A stretch of DNA of 64,000 bases, taken from contig CBDEFV010000004.1 in the NCBI GenBank assembly GCA_965237735.1, positions 1,006 through 65,005 on the forward strand. The letters run 5' to 3'. Position numbers and translations under genes: made by a program. Positions 49,575 through 60,191 of the stretch are shown here, in pieces. The stretch is from Candidatus Porifericomitales bacterium. Its GTDB lineage: Bacteria; Pseudomonadota; Gammaproteobacteria; CBDEFV01. The notes beneath the pieces are model-generated. The model did no database searches, was not told the origin of the DNA, and saw nothing but the letters and a program-made list of their open reading frames with translations. Within the stretch, counting starts at the first letter, position 1, and the number at the start of each line of letters is the position of its first letter.

Positions 49575-50169
49575 GGCCGCATCGGAAGGCGAGGCACCGC
49601 AGCGCAACGAACTCGAGTTGGCTGTGGAAGCCCTGCTGCTTGCCGCTCAAAGACCGCTGTCGCTGACCGAACTGCAGCGGCTGGCGGGCGACGGCAGGGA
49701 CGGGATCGACGAAAAAGCCGTGAGGGCGGTCCTTGAACGCCTCGAGCGTTTCTGGCAGGGGCGCTCCTGTCGCCTGCGACAGGGAAGGGGCGGCTATCGC
49801 CTGCTGGTCGATGGCAAATTCTCGCCTCTGGTCGCCAGGCTCCAGGGCAACAGAGCAGCGAGCCTGCCGCGGGCGCAGCTGGAAGTCCTGGCGCTGGTCG
49901 CCTGGCAGCAGCCGATCAGCAGCGACGAGTGCGACCGCATCCGCCGCACCACCTCGAGCGCGGCCCTGCTCAACGCCCTCAGCAGGCGCGGTTGGGTGCA
50001 GCCGACAGGCCGCACAGAGGGCCGGGAGCGTCTGCCGCTTTACGCCACCACCGCCCGGTTTCTCGATGATTTTCAACTGGATTCACTGTCGCAGTTGCCG
50101 GCCCTGCCCGAAGAGGGCCAGGGGGGCGCTGACAGCTTGCCAAGCCTCTTTTGCCCCTGCCCGTGTTAA
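49558..50169 (+). CDS. scpB: Segregation and condensation protein B
   Basis: VEALL, LEVLALVAWQQPI, LYATT..FL..F. Confidence 0.9.
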   Translation: MSAPTEAASEGEAPQRNELELAVEALLLAAQRPLSLTELQRLAGDGRDGIDEKAVRAVLERLERFWQGRSCRLRQGRGGYRLLVDGKFSPLVARLQGNRAASLPRAQLEVLALVAWQQPISSDECDRIRRTTSSAALLNALSRRGWVQPTGRTEGRERLPLYATTARFLDDFQLDSLSQLPALPEEGQGGADSLPSLFCPCPC

Positions 50170-50256
50170 AATTAAGCTGCTCAGGACTCATCGACCATTT
50201 TCGCGAGCGCTCTTCCCCAAGCCCCCCCTGCCGATCTCAACCGAGAAGGAATCCCG

Positions 50257-51549
50257 ATGAACGAAAAAGCTCTCCGCGTCGAAGACCCGCAATCCGGCTC
50301 TTCGGCCTCCCTGCCCATCCACAGCCCCTCCATCGGTATGGATGCTGTCGATGTCCGCAGCTTGCCAGCGGATCTGGGCTATTTCACCTACGATCCGGGC
50401 TACGCCAGCACGGCCAGCTGCCGCAGTTCCATCACCTACATCGACGGCGAAAAGGGCGAGCTGTTGTACCGCGGCTACCCGATTGAGCAACTGGCGGAGC
50501 ACAGCAGCTTTCTCGAGGTGACCTACCTGCTCATGCACGGCGAGTTGCCCTCGGCCGATCAGTTCGGCGAGTTCAGGGAAATCATCCGCTACCACACCAT
50601 GGTGCACGAGAATGTGCGCTCCTTTTTCAGCAACTTCAACTACGACGCCCACCCCATGGCCATGATGGGGGCGACGGTGGCGGCGCTGTCCTCCTTCTAC
50701 CACGAGCACCTCGACATCCAGGACCCGAAACAGCGGGAGATCACGGCCCACCGCCTCATCGCCAAGATGCCGACGATTGCCTCCTACTGTTACAAGCACC
50801 TCATGGGTCAGCCGTTCATGTATCCGCGCAACGAGCTCGACTACAGCGAGAACTTCCTCCACATGCTGTTCTCCCTGCCGGCCGAGGAGTTCAGGCCGTC
50901 CAGGACCTTCATCAAGGCCCTTGAGTTGATTCTGATTCTACACGCCGACCACGAGCAGAACGCCAGCACTTCGACGGTGCGCCTGTGCGGCAGCAGCGGC
51001 ACCAATCCCTATGCCGCCATCGCCGCCGGCATCGCCTCTCTTTGGGGGCCGGCCCATGGAGGGGCCAATGAGGCCGTCATCAACATGCTCAACGAACTCA
51101 TCCATTCGGGGCAGGACATCGACACCATCATCGCCCGCGCCAAAGACCGCGACGACAACTTCCGCCTCATGGGCTTCGGCCATCGCGTCTACAAGAACTA
51201 CGACCCGCGGGCCCGCATCATCCGCCAACTGTGCAACGAGCTGCTCGAAGAGCTCGGCGGCGACCAGCCGCTGTTTCGCCTGGCCCGTCAACTCGAGGCG
51301 CGGGTGCTGAAGGACGAGTACTTTATCGAGCGCAACCTCTACCCCAACGTCGATTTCTACTCGGGCATCATCCTCAGCGCCATGAAGCTGCCGCTGTCCA
51401 TGTTCACGGTCATCTTCGCCCTCGCCCGCACCGTCGGCTGGATCTCCCACTGGATGGAGATGCGCGAAGACCCCGAGACCCGTATCGGTCGGCCGCGCCA
51501 GCTGTACATGGGCAAGCCGCACCGCGACTACCCCGTCGGGAAAAAGTAG
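50257..51549 (+). CDS. gltA: Citrate synthase (type II)
   Basis: [35 protein letters not shown]. Confidence 0.97.
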   Translation: MNEKALRVEDPQSGSSASLPIHSPSIGMDAVDVRSLPADLGYFTYDPGYASTASCRSSITYIDGEKGELLYRGYPIEQLAEHSSFLEVTYLLMHGELPSADQFGEFREIIRYHTMVHENVRSFFSNFNYDAHPMAMMGATVAALSSFYHEHLDIQDPKQREITAHRLIAKMPTIASYCYKHLMGQPFMYPRNELDYSENFLHMLFSLPAEEFRPSRTFIKALELILILHADHEQNASTSTVRLCGSSGTNPYAAIAAGIASLWGPAHGGANEAVINMLNELIHSGQDIDTIIARAKDRDDNFRLMGFGHRVYKNYDPRARIIRQLCNELLEELGGDQPLFRLARQLEARVLKDEYFIERNLYPNVDFYSGIILSAMKLPLSMFTVIFALARTVGWISHWMEMREDPETRIGRPRQLYMGKPHRDYPVGKK

Positions 51550-51589
51550 CCCCTCTTCAGTCGCCCTGCCGGTCGAGCCAGGCCCTTAT

Positions 51590-51777
51590 TACCGGCTCGT
51601 CAGGCGCCAGCCGTCCGGGAAGGGGCAGCGATAGACCTTCAAGGCTGACGCCCATCTCCCGGCGCGAGATCTGCCCCCTCTTCCCGGCGATTTCCCTCGA
51701 CGGGTAGAGTTCCCTGCTGCCGCCCCGGCCATCGACGCAGACCGCGCATCTGGCGCTCGGCCTGTGCCTGTCTTCAG
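51590..51777 (-). pseudogene. Degenerate tandem duplicate of the 3' half of the 51778..52128 gene
   Basis: Matches 51779..51965 with a 188-189 bp period and a 1-bp indel. Confidence 0.8.
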
Positions 51778-52128
51778 CTACCGGCTCGTCAGGTGCCAGC
51801 CGTCCGAGAAGGGGCAGCGATAGACCTTCAGGCTGACGCCCTTCTCCCGGCGCGAGATCTGCGCCCTCTTCCCGGCGATTTCCCTCGACCGGTAGAGTTC
51901 CTTGCTGCCGCCCCGGCCATCGATGCAGACCGCGCATCTGGCGCTCGGCGTGTGCCTGTCTTCAGGGGCCAGGTGCCAGCGGCGACAACTGCCGCACTGG
52001 TAGGGAAGCAGGCGCTTTCCATAGAGGAGCCTGACATGATCAGCGCCGCGCTGCGCCTCAACCCGGGAGTGATACTCAGTCAGGGGCTCGCCTGTTCTGC
52101 TGAGGCAGCTCCTGCTTTTATTTGCCAC
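51778..52128 (-). CDS. Small hypothetical protein with two putative Zn-binding modules (YxC...WHL)
   Basis: PYQCGSCRRWHL and VYRCPFSDGWHLT; AGGAG RBS upstream of a GTG start. Confidence 0.7.
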   Translation of the reverse strand: MANKSRSCLSRTGEPLTEYHSRVEAQRGADHVRLLYGKRLLPYQCGSCRRWHLAPEDRHTPSARCAVCIDGRGGSKELYRSREIAGKRAQISRREKGVSLKVYRCPFSDGWHLTSR

Positions 52129-52265
52129 CTGACTTCTCCTCAGGGGGCCGGCGGGCGCGACAGTTCCCAGGGGGGCGGGCCGGATGCGGCCGAGGCCTCG
52201 CCGGCAAAATCACCGCTCCGCTGATTTCTTGCGCCCGGGCCGCCATCGGACTGGCTTCCCTGAGC

Positions 52266-52967
52266 CTAGGCTTTTTTCAGGCTTGAACCGCGCGCCGGAC
52301 TCAGATGCCTGTCGAGGCGGTCCAGGGAATAAAAGATGGCGTAGCTCATGCACATGTAGATGAGGGCCGCGAAGATGAAGGCCTCAAAAGGAATGAAGAA
52401 GCGGGAATTGACGATCCGCGCCGCCTGCGTCAGCTCGAGCAGGGTGATGGTGCTGGCGAGGGCCGTGGCCTGCATCAGGAAAACCACCTCGTTGGCGTAG
52501 ATGGGAATGACCCGCCGAACGACGCTGGGGGAAATAATGTAGCCCAAGGCCTGGATGCGGCTGTAGCCAAAGGCGTAGGCCGCCTCGACCTCGCCTCTGG
52601 GGGTGGCCTTGATGGCGCCGAAGAGAATCTCGGTGGTGTAGGCCGCTGTGTTGAGCGTCAGGGCGAACAGGGCGCAGAACAGCGGTTCGCTGAAGGCAAT
52701 CCAGAGGAAGCTGTCGCGGATGAAGGCAAACTGGGCGAGGCCGTAGTAGACCAGATAAATCTGAATCAGGCAGGGCGTGCCGCGAAAGTACAGCACAAAC
52801 AGGTCGATCGCGCCGATCAGGGCTCTCTGTCTGCCTGCCTTGACCACCGAGAACAGCACGGCCAGAACCAGGCCGACGCCGAGCGAGACCAGAGTCAGCA
52901 ACAGCGTCATCGACAGCCCCGACAAGTAGAGCTCGAAATTGTCGAAGATGGGCTCCAGCGAGATCAT
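52266..52967 (-). CDS. Polar amino-acid ABC permease (HisM/OccM-like)
   Basis: FRGTP, AYTTE..GAI, EAA loop. Confidence 0.92.
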   Translation of the reverse strand: MISLEPIFDNFELYLSGLSMTLLLTLVSLGVGLVLAVLFSVVKAGRQRALIGAIDLFVLYFRGTPCLIQIYLVYYGLAQFAFIRDSFLWIAFSEPLFCALFALTLNTAAYTTEILFGAIKATPRGEVEAAYAFGYSRIQALGYIISPSVVRRVIPIYANEVVFLMQATALASTITLLELTQAARIVNSRFFIPFEAFIFAALIYMCMSYAIFYSLDRLDRHLSPARGSSLKKA

Positions 52968-52976
52968 TGGGGCAGC

Positions 52977-53657
52977 TCAGACCTGAACCTCGACGTGGTA
53001 GTAGTCGCCGAGCTTGCGGAGCAACACCATCGACACCCAGGTGACTGCGAGATAGGCCAGGGAGACGGCGAAGTAGAAGACGAAGGGCTCATGGGTGGAG
53101 CGGCTGGCGACATTGGCGACGAAAACAATGTCGTGCAGCCCTATGACCGACAGGATGGCGGTGGCCTTGACCAGCACCAGCCAGTTATTGGTGAGGCCGG
53201 GCAGGGCGTGGAGCGTCATCTGCGGAATCAGGATGCGCCAGAGGATATGCCCGCGGCTCATGCCGAAGGCCTGGGCGGTCTCAATCTGCCGGATATCGAC
53301 GGCGAGGATGGCGGCGCGGAAAGTCTCGGCCATAAAGGCGCCGAAGATCAGGGAGAGAGTGACCACGCCGGCGGTGAAGGCGTCGATGTCGATATACTCC
53401 CAGTCAAAGTAGAAAGTGGCGCTGTTGACCAGCAGCTGTCCGCCGTAAAAGATCAGGAACATCATGATCAGATCCGGCACGCCGCGCATGGTCGCTGTGT
53501 ATATTTGCGCGCAGAAGCTGAGGGGCTGCACCCCCTTGACTTTGCTGAGGGCGACCGCCAGGCCGATCAACAGGGAAAAAACCAGCGACAGCAGGGCCAC
53601 CGACAGACTCAGCAGCAGGCCCTTGAACAGGAGCGGCAGGTATTCGAAGATGACCAA
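52977..53657 (-). CDS. Polar amino-acid ABC permease (HisQ-like)
   Basis: RGVPDL, ETFRAA, ALPGLTNNWLVLVKAT. Confidence 0.92.
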   Translation of the reverse strand: MVIFEYLPLLFKGLLLSLSVALLSLVFSLLIGLAVALSKVKGVQPLSFCAQIYTATMRGVPDLIMMFLIFYGGQLLVNSATFYFDWEYIDIDAFTAGVVTLSLIFGAFMAETFRAAILAVDIRQIETAQAFGMSRGHILWRILIPQMTLHALPGLTNNWLVLVKATAILSVIGLHDIVFVANVASRSTHEPFVFYFAVSLAYLAVTWVSMVLLRKLGDYYHVEVQV

Positions 53658-53769
53658 AGGGAGGCGCCGCTCCGGGGCTCTGGTTTGGTGAGAGAGGCTG
53701 GCAGTTCAGCCTTGTCCGCCGCCTGGCGCCGGAGCAGGCAGATGCCGGCACCAGGCGGGGAGAGGGGAC

Positions 53770-54537
53770 TTACTCGCCGTAGATGTCGTAGGTGAAGTAC
53801 TTGTCCTGAATGCGCTTGTAGGTGCCGTTGGCGCGGATCGTCTTGATGGCGGCGTTCAGCTTCCTTCTCAGGCTCTGGTCGTACTTGCGGATGGCGATGC
53901 CGATGCCGTCGCCGAACCACTTCCTGTCGGTGTAGGAAGGGCCGACAAACTCGTAGCCGGTGCTCTGCGACTTCATGAAGTCTTCTCCAGGACCCAACTC
54001 GGAGAAGAGCAGATCCAGGCGTCCGGTGGCCATGTCGTTGTTGGCGTCTTCTTGGGTGGGGTAGCGTCTGACCTCGACGACGTCACCGAAGTTGTCCGTC
54101 ACGAAATAATCCATGGCGGTCTCCTGCTGAACGCCGACCTTGAGGCCGCTCATCCTGCTCTTGTCGATGACGATGTTGTCCGAACTCCTCCTGAGGAAAC
54201 GCGCCGGCGAGGAGTAGTACTTGTTGGTGAAGGCCACCCGCTTCTTGCGTTCGGGGGTGATCGACATGGAGGCGATGATGGCGTCGTACTTCCGCGCCAG
54301 CAGGGCCGGAATCATGCCGTCCCAGTCCTGAGTAATCATGGTGCACTTCGCCCTGATCTCTTCGCACAGCGCATCGGCGATGTCGATATCAAAGCCAACC
54401 ACGCTGCCATCTGGTTTGGTTTCGCTGAACGGAGGATAGGCCCCCTCGACGCCTATGCGAACCCTCTTCCAGTCCTTGGCCACTGCCATGGCCGGCAACA
54501 GGGCCAGGGCCGCTGCAAAAACAATTATTCTTTTCAT
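53770..54537 (-). CDS. Lys/Arg/Orn/His-type ABC substrate-binding protein
   Basis: Signal peptide, EGAYPPF, GFDIDI, WDGMIPAL, SMSITPER. Confidence 0.93.
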   Translation of the reverse strand: MKRIIVFAAALALLPAMAVAKDWKRVRIGVEGAYPPFSETKPDGSVVGFDIDIADALCEEIRAKCTMITQDWDGMIPALLARKYDAIIASMSITPERKKRVAFTNKYYSSPARFLRRSSDNIVIDKSRMSGLKVGVQQETAMDYFVTDNFGDVVEVRRYPTQEDANNDMATGRLDLLFSELGPGEDFMKSQSTGYEFVGPSYTDRKWFGDGIGIAIRKYDQSLRRKLNAAIKTIRANGTYKRIQDKYFTYDIYGE

Positions 54538-54799
54538 AACTTTCACCTCCCAGTGATAAATTGTGGCGTTAACCTCAGCAATCAGAATCGTTGAAGGCAC
54601 TGATCGACAGGGTTGTAGTTATATCGCCCAGACCAGAACCCCGGCAGCTCCTGCCTTGATTCGGGTCGTCCGACGCAGCCGGGCATTCGCTGTAACCAAT
54701 TGCCTTCAGCCGTTTGCGCCATTGTAGCACGACGGCATCAAAAATCCGCCGCAGGGCCCGCCATGCCCGGCCGCAATTCCCGGGCCTGAAAGGGCCGCT

Positions 54800-55573
54800 T
54801 CACTGCTGATGGCTGTGCTGGATGAACTGGCTGAACTCGGCTGTGGGCGCATCGAACAGCCTGGCTGTTTCCTCGTAGGCGCCTACCCTGCCCTGATGCA
54901 GGAACAACACCTTGTGGGCGAGCTTGCGGGCAAAGGCGATCTCGTGGGTGACGACCAGCATGGTGATCTTTCCCACTGCCAGTTTGGCGATGATCTGCAA
55001 CACCTCCTGCACCAGTTCGGGATCGAGCGATGAGGTCGGCTCGTCGAACAGAATCACCTCCGGGTTGACCGCCAGGGCCCGGGCGATGCCGACGCGTTGC
55101 TGCTGGCCGCCCGACAACTGCTGCGGGAATCTCTTCTCAAAACCGCTCATGCCGACCATCTCAAGACAGGAGCGGGCCTTTTCAGTCGCCTCTTCCCTGC
55201 CCTGCCGCAGCACATGAATCGGGACCTCAATGACATTCTGCAACGTTGTCATATGCTGCCACAGATTGAAGTGCTGAAACACCATGGCAATTTTCTTCCG
55301 CAGACGCGTGACCTGGCCTGCATCGACTTCACGCATATTCTTCTTCAGTCTGAAGCTGACCGCCTCACCGAGCAGTTGCAGTTCGCCGCTGTCCGGAATT
55401 TCAAGAAGGTTCAGGCAGCGCAGGAAGGTGCTCTTGCCAGAACCGCTGGCGCCGAGGATGGCGACGACATCCCCGCGATTGGCGGCAAAATCAATCCCCT
55501 GCAGGACTTCATTGTCGGCGAATGATTTCTTCAGCTGGGTGGTGGATATGATCGACATGGATTGGCTGGACAT
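54800..55573 (-). CDS. Polar amino-acid ABC ATPase (HisP-like)
   Basis: GASGSGKST, LSGGQQQR, FDEPTS. Confidence 0.93.
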   Translation of the reverse strand: MSSQSMSIISTTQLKKSFADNEVLQGIDFAANRGDVVAILGASGSGKSTFLRCLNLLEIPDSGELQLLGEAVSFRLKKNMREVDAGQVTRLRKKIAMVFQHFNLWQHMTTLQNVIEVPIHVLRQGREEATEKARSCLEMVGMSGFEKRFPQQLSGGQQQRVGIARALAVNPEVILFDEPTSSLDPELVQEVLQIIAKLAVGKITMLVVTHEIAFARKLAHKVLFLHQGRVGAYEETARLFDAPTAEFSQFIQHSHQQ

Positions 55574-55679
55574 GTCCGGCAGAAATATTTTGCTGTCGGC
55601 CCTTTCTGACAGCCGGCAACTCGAACGAGCCGGCTGCAGCGGGGCCACATCTGCGATTATAAACCTAAACAGGGGCAAC

Positions 55680-55716
55680 CCCGGCCCGGCCCCGGGCCGG
55701 GCCGGAGAGTTTTTCG
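55680..55716. terminator. GC-rich hairpin downstream of argF, possible terminator
   Basis: ccggcccggc...gccgggccgg inverted repeat; the T-run is on the plus side, so orientation is unclear. Confidence 0.3.
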
Positions 55717-55791
55717 TCGGGTCGCTGCCCCCCGGCCAACCGCTGCGATTGGCTCAGCCTCGCCGCCGGCGGCAGGGGCCGCGCCCTGTTT

Positions 55792-56721
55792 TCAGCGATT
55801 GCCGGACAGAGGATCGAGCAGCGACTCGAGCAGCGCCTGCTGGGCATGGAGGCGGTTTTCCGCCTGCTCGAAAACGAGACTCGCCGGGCCGTCGATGACG
55901 TCGGCGGTGACTTCGAGGCCGCGGCGTGCCGGCAGGCAATGCATGAAGCGGGCATTGTCCGCCGCCCCGGCCATGAGGTCCCCGTCGACGGTGTAGCCGG
56001 CGAAAGCCCGATCGCGCTCCTGCTGCTCGGCTTCCTGGCCCATGCTGGCCCAGACGTCGGTGATCACGATCGAAGCCCCCTCACAGGCGGCAGCCGGTGT
56101 CTCCAGCAATTCGACGCGACCGCCCTGGCGGGCGACGAGCCCGGCATCGGGTTCATAGCCGGGGGGACAGGCCAGGCGCAGCTTGAAATCAAACAGGGAA
56201 GAGGCTTCAATCCAGGGATGGCAGACATTGTTGCCGTCGCCGACCCAGGCGGCGGTGAGGCCGCGGATGTCGCCCCCATGCTCACGCCAGGTCTGGATGT
56301 CAGCCAGGATCTGGCAGGGATGGGACAGGTCGGTCAGGGCATTGATCACCGGCACTGTGGCCGCTCCGGCCAGTTCTTCGAGGTCGCTGTGGGCGCTGCC
56401 GCGAAAGGCGATGACATCGACCATGGAAGACAGCACCCGGGCCATGTCGCCCAGCGGCTCTCCCTTGTTGCGCTGGGTCGAAGAGGAGTAAAGCACGACC
56501 GGGTAGCCGCCCAGGCGGGCCATGGCTACCTGGAAGGAGACAAGGGTACGGGTCGACGACTTTTCAAAGACAAGTCCCAGCGCCTTGCCGGCCCCGGCGC
56601 CAAGGATGCGGCCCTTCAGGGCCTTGAGTTCGCCGGCGCGGTCGATGAGGGCCTCGAGCTCGGCCCCGCTTCGGTCGGACAACAGCAGAAAGTGGCGCGG
56701 GTCTGAAGCGGAGCGGGACAT
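55792..56721 (-). CDS. argF: Ornithine carbamoyltransferase
   Basis: SSTRT, HPCQ, DVWASMG, HCLP. Confidence 0.96.
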   Translation of the reverse strand: MSRSASDPRHFLLLSDRSGAELEALIDRAGELKALKGRILGAGAGKALGLVFEKSSTRTLVSFQVAMARLGGYPVVLYSSSTQRNKGEPLGDMARVLSSMVDVIAFRGSAHSDLEELAGAATVPVINALTDLSHPCQILADIQTWREHGGDIRGLTAAWVGDGNNVCHPWIEASSLFDFKLRLACPPGYEPDAGLVARQGGRVELLETPAAACEGASIVITDVWASMGQEAEQQERDRAFAGYTVDGDLMAGAADNARFMHCLPARRGLEVTADVIDGPASLVFEQAENRLHAQQALLESLLDPLSGNR

Positions 56722-56745
56722 GGAGGTCTCTCTTGTCAGGGGACT

Positions 56746-57939
56746 CTAGCCGCAGCCGGCCCCGGCCGGGGCGGCGGCGGCGAAATCCTCGATCGCCAGG
56801 GAAGCGCGCTCAACCAGCTGTCCCGCCTCCTCGTCGCTGAGGATGTAGGGCGGCAACAGTCGCACCGTGCTCTCATCGGTGATGTTGAGCAGCAGGCCCC
56901 GCCCGGCGGCCAGATCCTTGATCCGGGCCGCCGGGCGGTCGATCTCGATGCCGATCATTAAACCGAGGCGGCGAATCTCGCAGACCGAGGGATTGCCGCC
57001 GAGGCGCGTCCTGAAGCCCTCCTCAATCATGGCCCCGAGTTCGGCGACGCGCTCGATCAGGCCCTCCTCCTCCATGATACGCAGCACTTCCAGAGCAGTG
57101 CGGCAGGCCAGGGGGTTGCCGCCAAAAGTGGTGCCGTGGTGCCCCGGGGCGAAGAGCCTGGCGGTCTCGCCGCGGGCCAGGCATGCCCCTATGGGAAAGC
57201 CGTTGCCCAAGGCCTTGGCGATCATGAGGACATCGGCTTTGACGCCGGCATGATCGCAGGCGAACCAGCGTCCGGTGCGCCCCATGCCGGATTGAATCTC
57301 GTCGAGCATCAACAGCCAGTCGCGCTCGCGGCACAGGGCCTCAAGACCGCGCAGGTAGTCGCCGGAGGCGAGCCTGACGCCTCCCTCGCCCTGAACCGGT
57401 TCAAGCAGGACGGCGACGATATTGGCGTCCTCCGCTGCCAGGCGCTCGACGGCTTGAAGGTCATTGAACGGCAGGCGGACAAATCCCGGCACCAGAGGCT
57501 CGAAGGGAGAGCGAAGATCGTCGCGGCCGGCGGCCGAAAGGGCGCCGAAAGAGCGGCCGCTGAAGCCGCGGTGCACGGAGATCACTGTCGGCCTGTCGAG
57601 GCCGAGGCGGCGGGCGTGCAACCGCGACAGCTTGATCGCCGCCTCCACCGCTTCGGTGCCGCTGTTGCACAGGAAGGCGCCGTCCATGCCCGAGATCGCG
57701 CACAGGCGCTCGGCCAGCCGCTGCTGCAGCGGGATCAGAAAGGCATTGGACACATGCATGAGCGTCGCCGCCTGGTCGGCGATGACCCTGGCGATCGCCG
57801 GATGACTGTGGCCGAGAGCGCAGACCCCCAGACCGGAAACGGCATCGAGGTAGGTGTTGCCGCGCTCATCCCAGAGGGTCGCGCCGCGACCGCAGACCAG
57901 GGCGGGGCCGCTGGATTTGTATACCTGCAATAGAGACAT
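56746..57939 (-). CDS. argD: Acetylornithine aminotransferase
   Basis: NSGTEA, EPVQGEGG, DEIQSG, AKALGNG, TTFGGNP; adjacent to argF. Confidence 0.93.
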   Translation of the reverse strand: MSLLQVYKSSGPALVCGRGATLWDERGNTYLDAVSGLGVCALGHSHPAIARVIADQAATLMHVSNAFLIPLQQRLAERLCAISGMDGAFLCNSGTEAVEAAIKLSRLHARRLGLDRPTVISVHRGFSGRSFGALSAAGRDDLRSPFEPLVPGFVRLPFNDLQAVERLAAEDANIVAVLLEPVQGEGGVRLASGDYLRGLEALCRERDWLLMLDEIQSGMGRTGRWFACDHAGVKADVLMIAKALGNGFPIGACLARGETARLFAPGHHGTTFGGNPLACRTALEVLRIMEEEGLIERVAELGAMIEEGFRTRLGGNPSVCEIRRLGLMIGIEIDRPAARIKDLAAGRGLLLNITDESTVRLLPPYILSDEEAGQLVERASLAIEDFAAAAPAGAGCG

Positions 57940-57952
57940 CTGTCGCTTTTCT

Positions 57953-59356
57953 TTAGGTGGTTGGGGGCAGGGTCGGGGTTGAGGCGGACGGCTCCCCGGT
58001 GGGCGCGCCCTCGAGGGTGTGGATCAAGGTCGAACCGCGGCGGCCGCGGATGGCGGTCTCGCCCAGCTCGCGCAGGGCAAAGGAACCGGGCGGCAACTTT
58101 TTCCTGGTCTCCTCAGACAGCAGGATATAAGTGCCGTACTCCTTGTTCAGGGCTTCGAGGCGCGCCGCTGTGTTGACGGCGTCGCCGTAGACAGTGTAGA
58201 GCAGGCGATCGCCGGTGCCGACGAAACCGCCGACCACCATGCCGGTGTTGATGCCGACGCGGGTGCGGAAGAGGTGGCGTGAGCCAAAACGGCGCTCCTG
58301 CGTCAGCTCTATGATTTCCGTCGCCGCCTCCAGGGCCTTGACCGCGTGCCGTCGATTTTCCAGCGGCAGATTGAAGGTAGCCAGGATGGCGTCGCCGATG
58401 AATTGATTGATGACGCCGCCCAGACGCTCGATCGGCTCGGCGACGACGGTGAAATACTCGTTCAGCGCCGTGATCAGTTCGTTCGGATCGAGCGTTTCGC
58501 TGAGGCTTGTGAAGCCTTCGATGTCGGTGAACAGCATGGTCGCCTGCCGCACCTCGCCATTGCCGCTCTGGGCGCCCTCCTCCGAGGCGACGACGCGGCG
58601 GCGCACATCTTCGGGCACGAAGTGGGCCAGGTCGCGGGCCGCGCTTTCGGTGACCACGGCCGACGCCAGCACCGAACCGGCGCGGCGCACGGCGAGGGCG
58701 AGAATCATGGTCAGCGCAAAGATGGCCAGGGCCTTGGTCAACTCGGCGCCGACGAGCACCGAATTGGTCATGAGGTACTCGGCGTAGTCGCGGGTGCGCC
58801 AGACGCCGCCGGCATGGTTGTAGACAATGGCGTAAATCACCAGAAAAAGCCAGCCGGCGAGGGCGGTAAAGCCCGTAGCCAGCACATAGCGCGCCTGAAA
58901 GCGGAGGGAGCGAAGCGAGATCATGAAGCAGACGTAGATCAGCTCCGGGGCTTTCAGGTAGAACGAAGGCGGCTGCCCGTACTGCAGGTGGAAACTCCAG
59001 ATCAGGCCGAGCAGGACCCCCACATCGATGAAGATCGACAGGTAGAGCATGCCGGGGCCGAGGCGGCTGTACCAGGCGAGGCCGAGGCGGACAAAGGAAA
59101 ACAACACATAGGGAATCAGCACCCAGGGCACGGGCTCAAAGGGCACCTCGCCGACAAAGCCCCGGGGCGAAGCGAAGTAGAGCACGAGCAGGCCGAGGCC
59201 AAAAACGACCTGAGCCAGGCTGATGGGGATTTCGATGTCGTCCTGACGCCGCTGCAGGTCGCTGAGGATGCGCGCCGGCACCCCTTCATAGCTGGGGGGC
59301 CAGAATACATCCAGAAGACGGGCGATCGGCGAGGCCGATGTGCCTTCTACAACCAC
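57953..59356 (-). CDS. Membrane-anchored class III adenylate/guanylate cyclase
   Basis: About 6 TM segments, then FTDIEGFT, FIGDA, GDAVNTAARLE. Confidence 0.92.
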   Translation of the reverse strand: MVVEGTSASPIARLLDVFWPPSYEGVPARILSDLQRRQDDIEIPISLAQVVFGLGLLVLYFASPRGFVGEVPFEPVPWVLIPYVLFSFVRLGLAWYSRLGPGMLYLSIFIDVGVLLGLIWSFHLQYGQPPSFYLKAPELIYVCFMISLRSLRFQARYVLATGFTALAGWLFLVIYAIVYNHAGGVWRTRDYAEYLMTNSVLVGAELTKALAIFALTMILALAVRRAGSVLASAVVTESAARDLAHFVPEDVRRRVVASEEGAQSGNGEVRQATMLFTDIEGFTSLSETLDPNELITALNEYFTVVAEPIERLGGVINQFIGDAILATFNLPLENRRHAVKALEAATEIIELTQERRFGSRHLFRTRVGINTGMVVGGFVGTGDRLLYTVYGDAVNTAARLEALNKEYGTYILLSEETRKKLPPGSFALRELGETAIRGRRGSTLIHTLEGAPTGEPSASTPTLPPTT

Positions 59357-59411
59357 AGCCTGGGATTCTCCTCAGCCGACATTGCCGGGGTCGCTTCGGC
59401 GCCGGTCCGGT

Positions 59412-59777
59412 TCAATCCCGGCGCGCGCGCGCATGGTGGCCGAGCTGACAGCCGCCGACCAGATGCAGGTGCAGGTGGTAGACTTCCTGACCCGCGTGGG
59501 GGCCGCAGTTGAGCGACAGCCGGTAACCGCTCTGGTCTATGCCCTCTTGTTTGGCGAGGTCGCGGGCAACGAACAGCATGTGGGCCAGAACCTCGGCGTC
59601 TTTGGCGGAGATTTCATTGGTCGAGGGGATGATGTAGTTCGGCACAATCAGCACATGGGTCGGGGCGGCCGGATTGATGTCGCGGAAGGCCGTGACCCTG
59701 TTGTCCTGAAAGACGATGTCGGCCGGGATTTCGCGCCTGACTATTTTGAGGAAAAGATTCTGTTGCTCCACTGTCAC
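59412..59777 (-). CDS. Histidine triad nucleotide-binding protein
   Basis: AFRDINP.AP.H, HLHLHL triad. Confidence 0.94.
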   Translation of the reverse strand: MTVEQQNLFLKIVRREIPADIVFQDNRVTAFRDINPAAPTHVLIVPNYIIPSTNEISAKDAEVLAHMLFVARDLAKQEGIDQSGYRLSLNCGPHAGQEVYHLHLHLVGGCQLGHHARARRD

Positions 59778-59840
59778 CTCCGGGGAAAGGAATTTAGGGG
59801 GACCTCTGGCTGAGCCCGCCCGGGCGCCGAGGCAATCAGA

Positions 59841-60191
59841 TTAAACAAGGGCCAGTACCAGGGCTGCCAGCACCAGGGCCAGTGAGAAATGGATGGCGCT
59901 GCTCCACAAAAGCACGGTGCGCGAAAAGGCGGCCCGCCCCCAGCGCCACTGCCAGCCGGCGATCACCAGAGCGTAGCCGGCAACCGAAGCCGTCATCCAA
60001 CCGGCAACCTCGGCGGCCTCGTGGGCCCAGAAATCGAAAAACTCCCCCGAGAGGGTCAGGCCGGAGACGACGTAAAAGACATAAAAGCCGTTGCAGACAA
60101 CCGGAACCCAGAGCAGCAGCAGGGCCAGCAGCGTCAACTGGGGCCTGGGTCCGGCGACAACGGCGGCTTCGGTGTGGGGGGGCGAACTCAA
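59841..60191 (-). CDS. Hypothetical membrane protein (about 3 TM segments)
   Basis: Hydrophobic segments; GAGGT RBS 6 nt before the TTG start. Confidence 0.6.
   Translation of the reverse strand: MSSPPHTEAAVVAGPRPQLTLLALLLLWVPVVCNGFYVFYVVSGLTLSGEFFDFWAHEAAEVAGWMTASVAGYALVIAGWQWRWGRAAFSRTVLLWSSAIHFSLALVLAALVLALV

Noticed and set aside
10105-59512. Many long overlapping ORFs (e.g. 10105..11742, 13552..15921, 38416..40695, 52305..53795)
   Set aside because: Alternate-frame or antisense shadows of well-identified genes, as expected at high GC.
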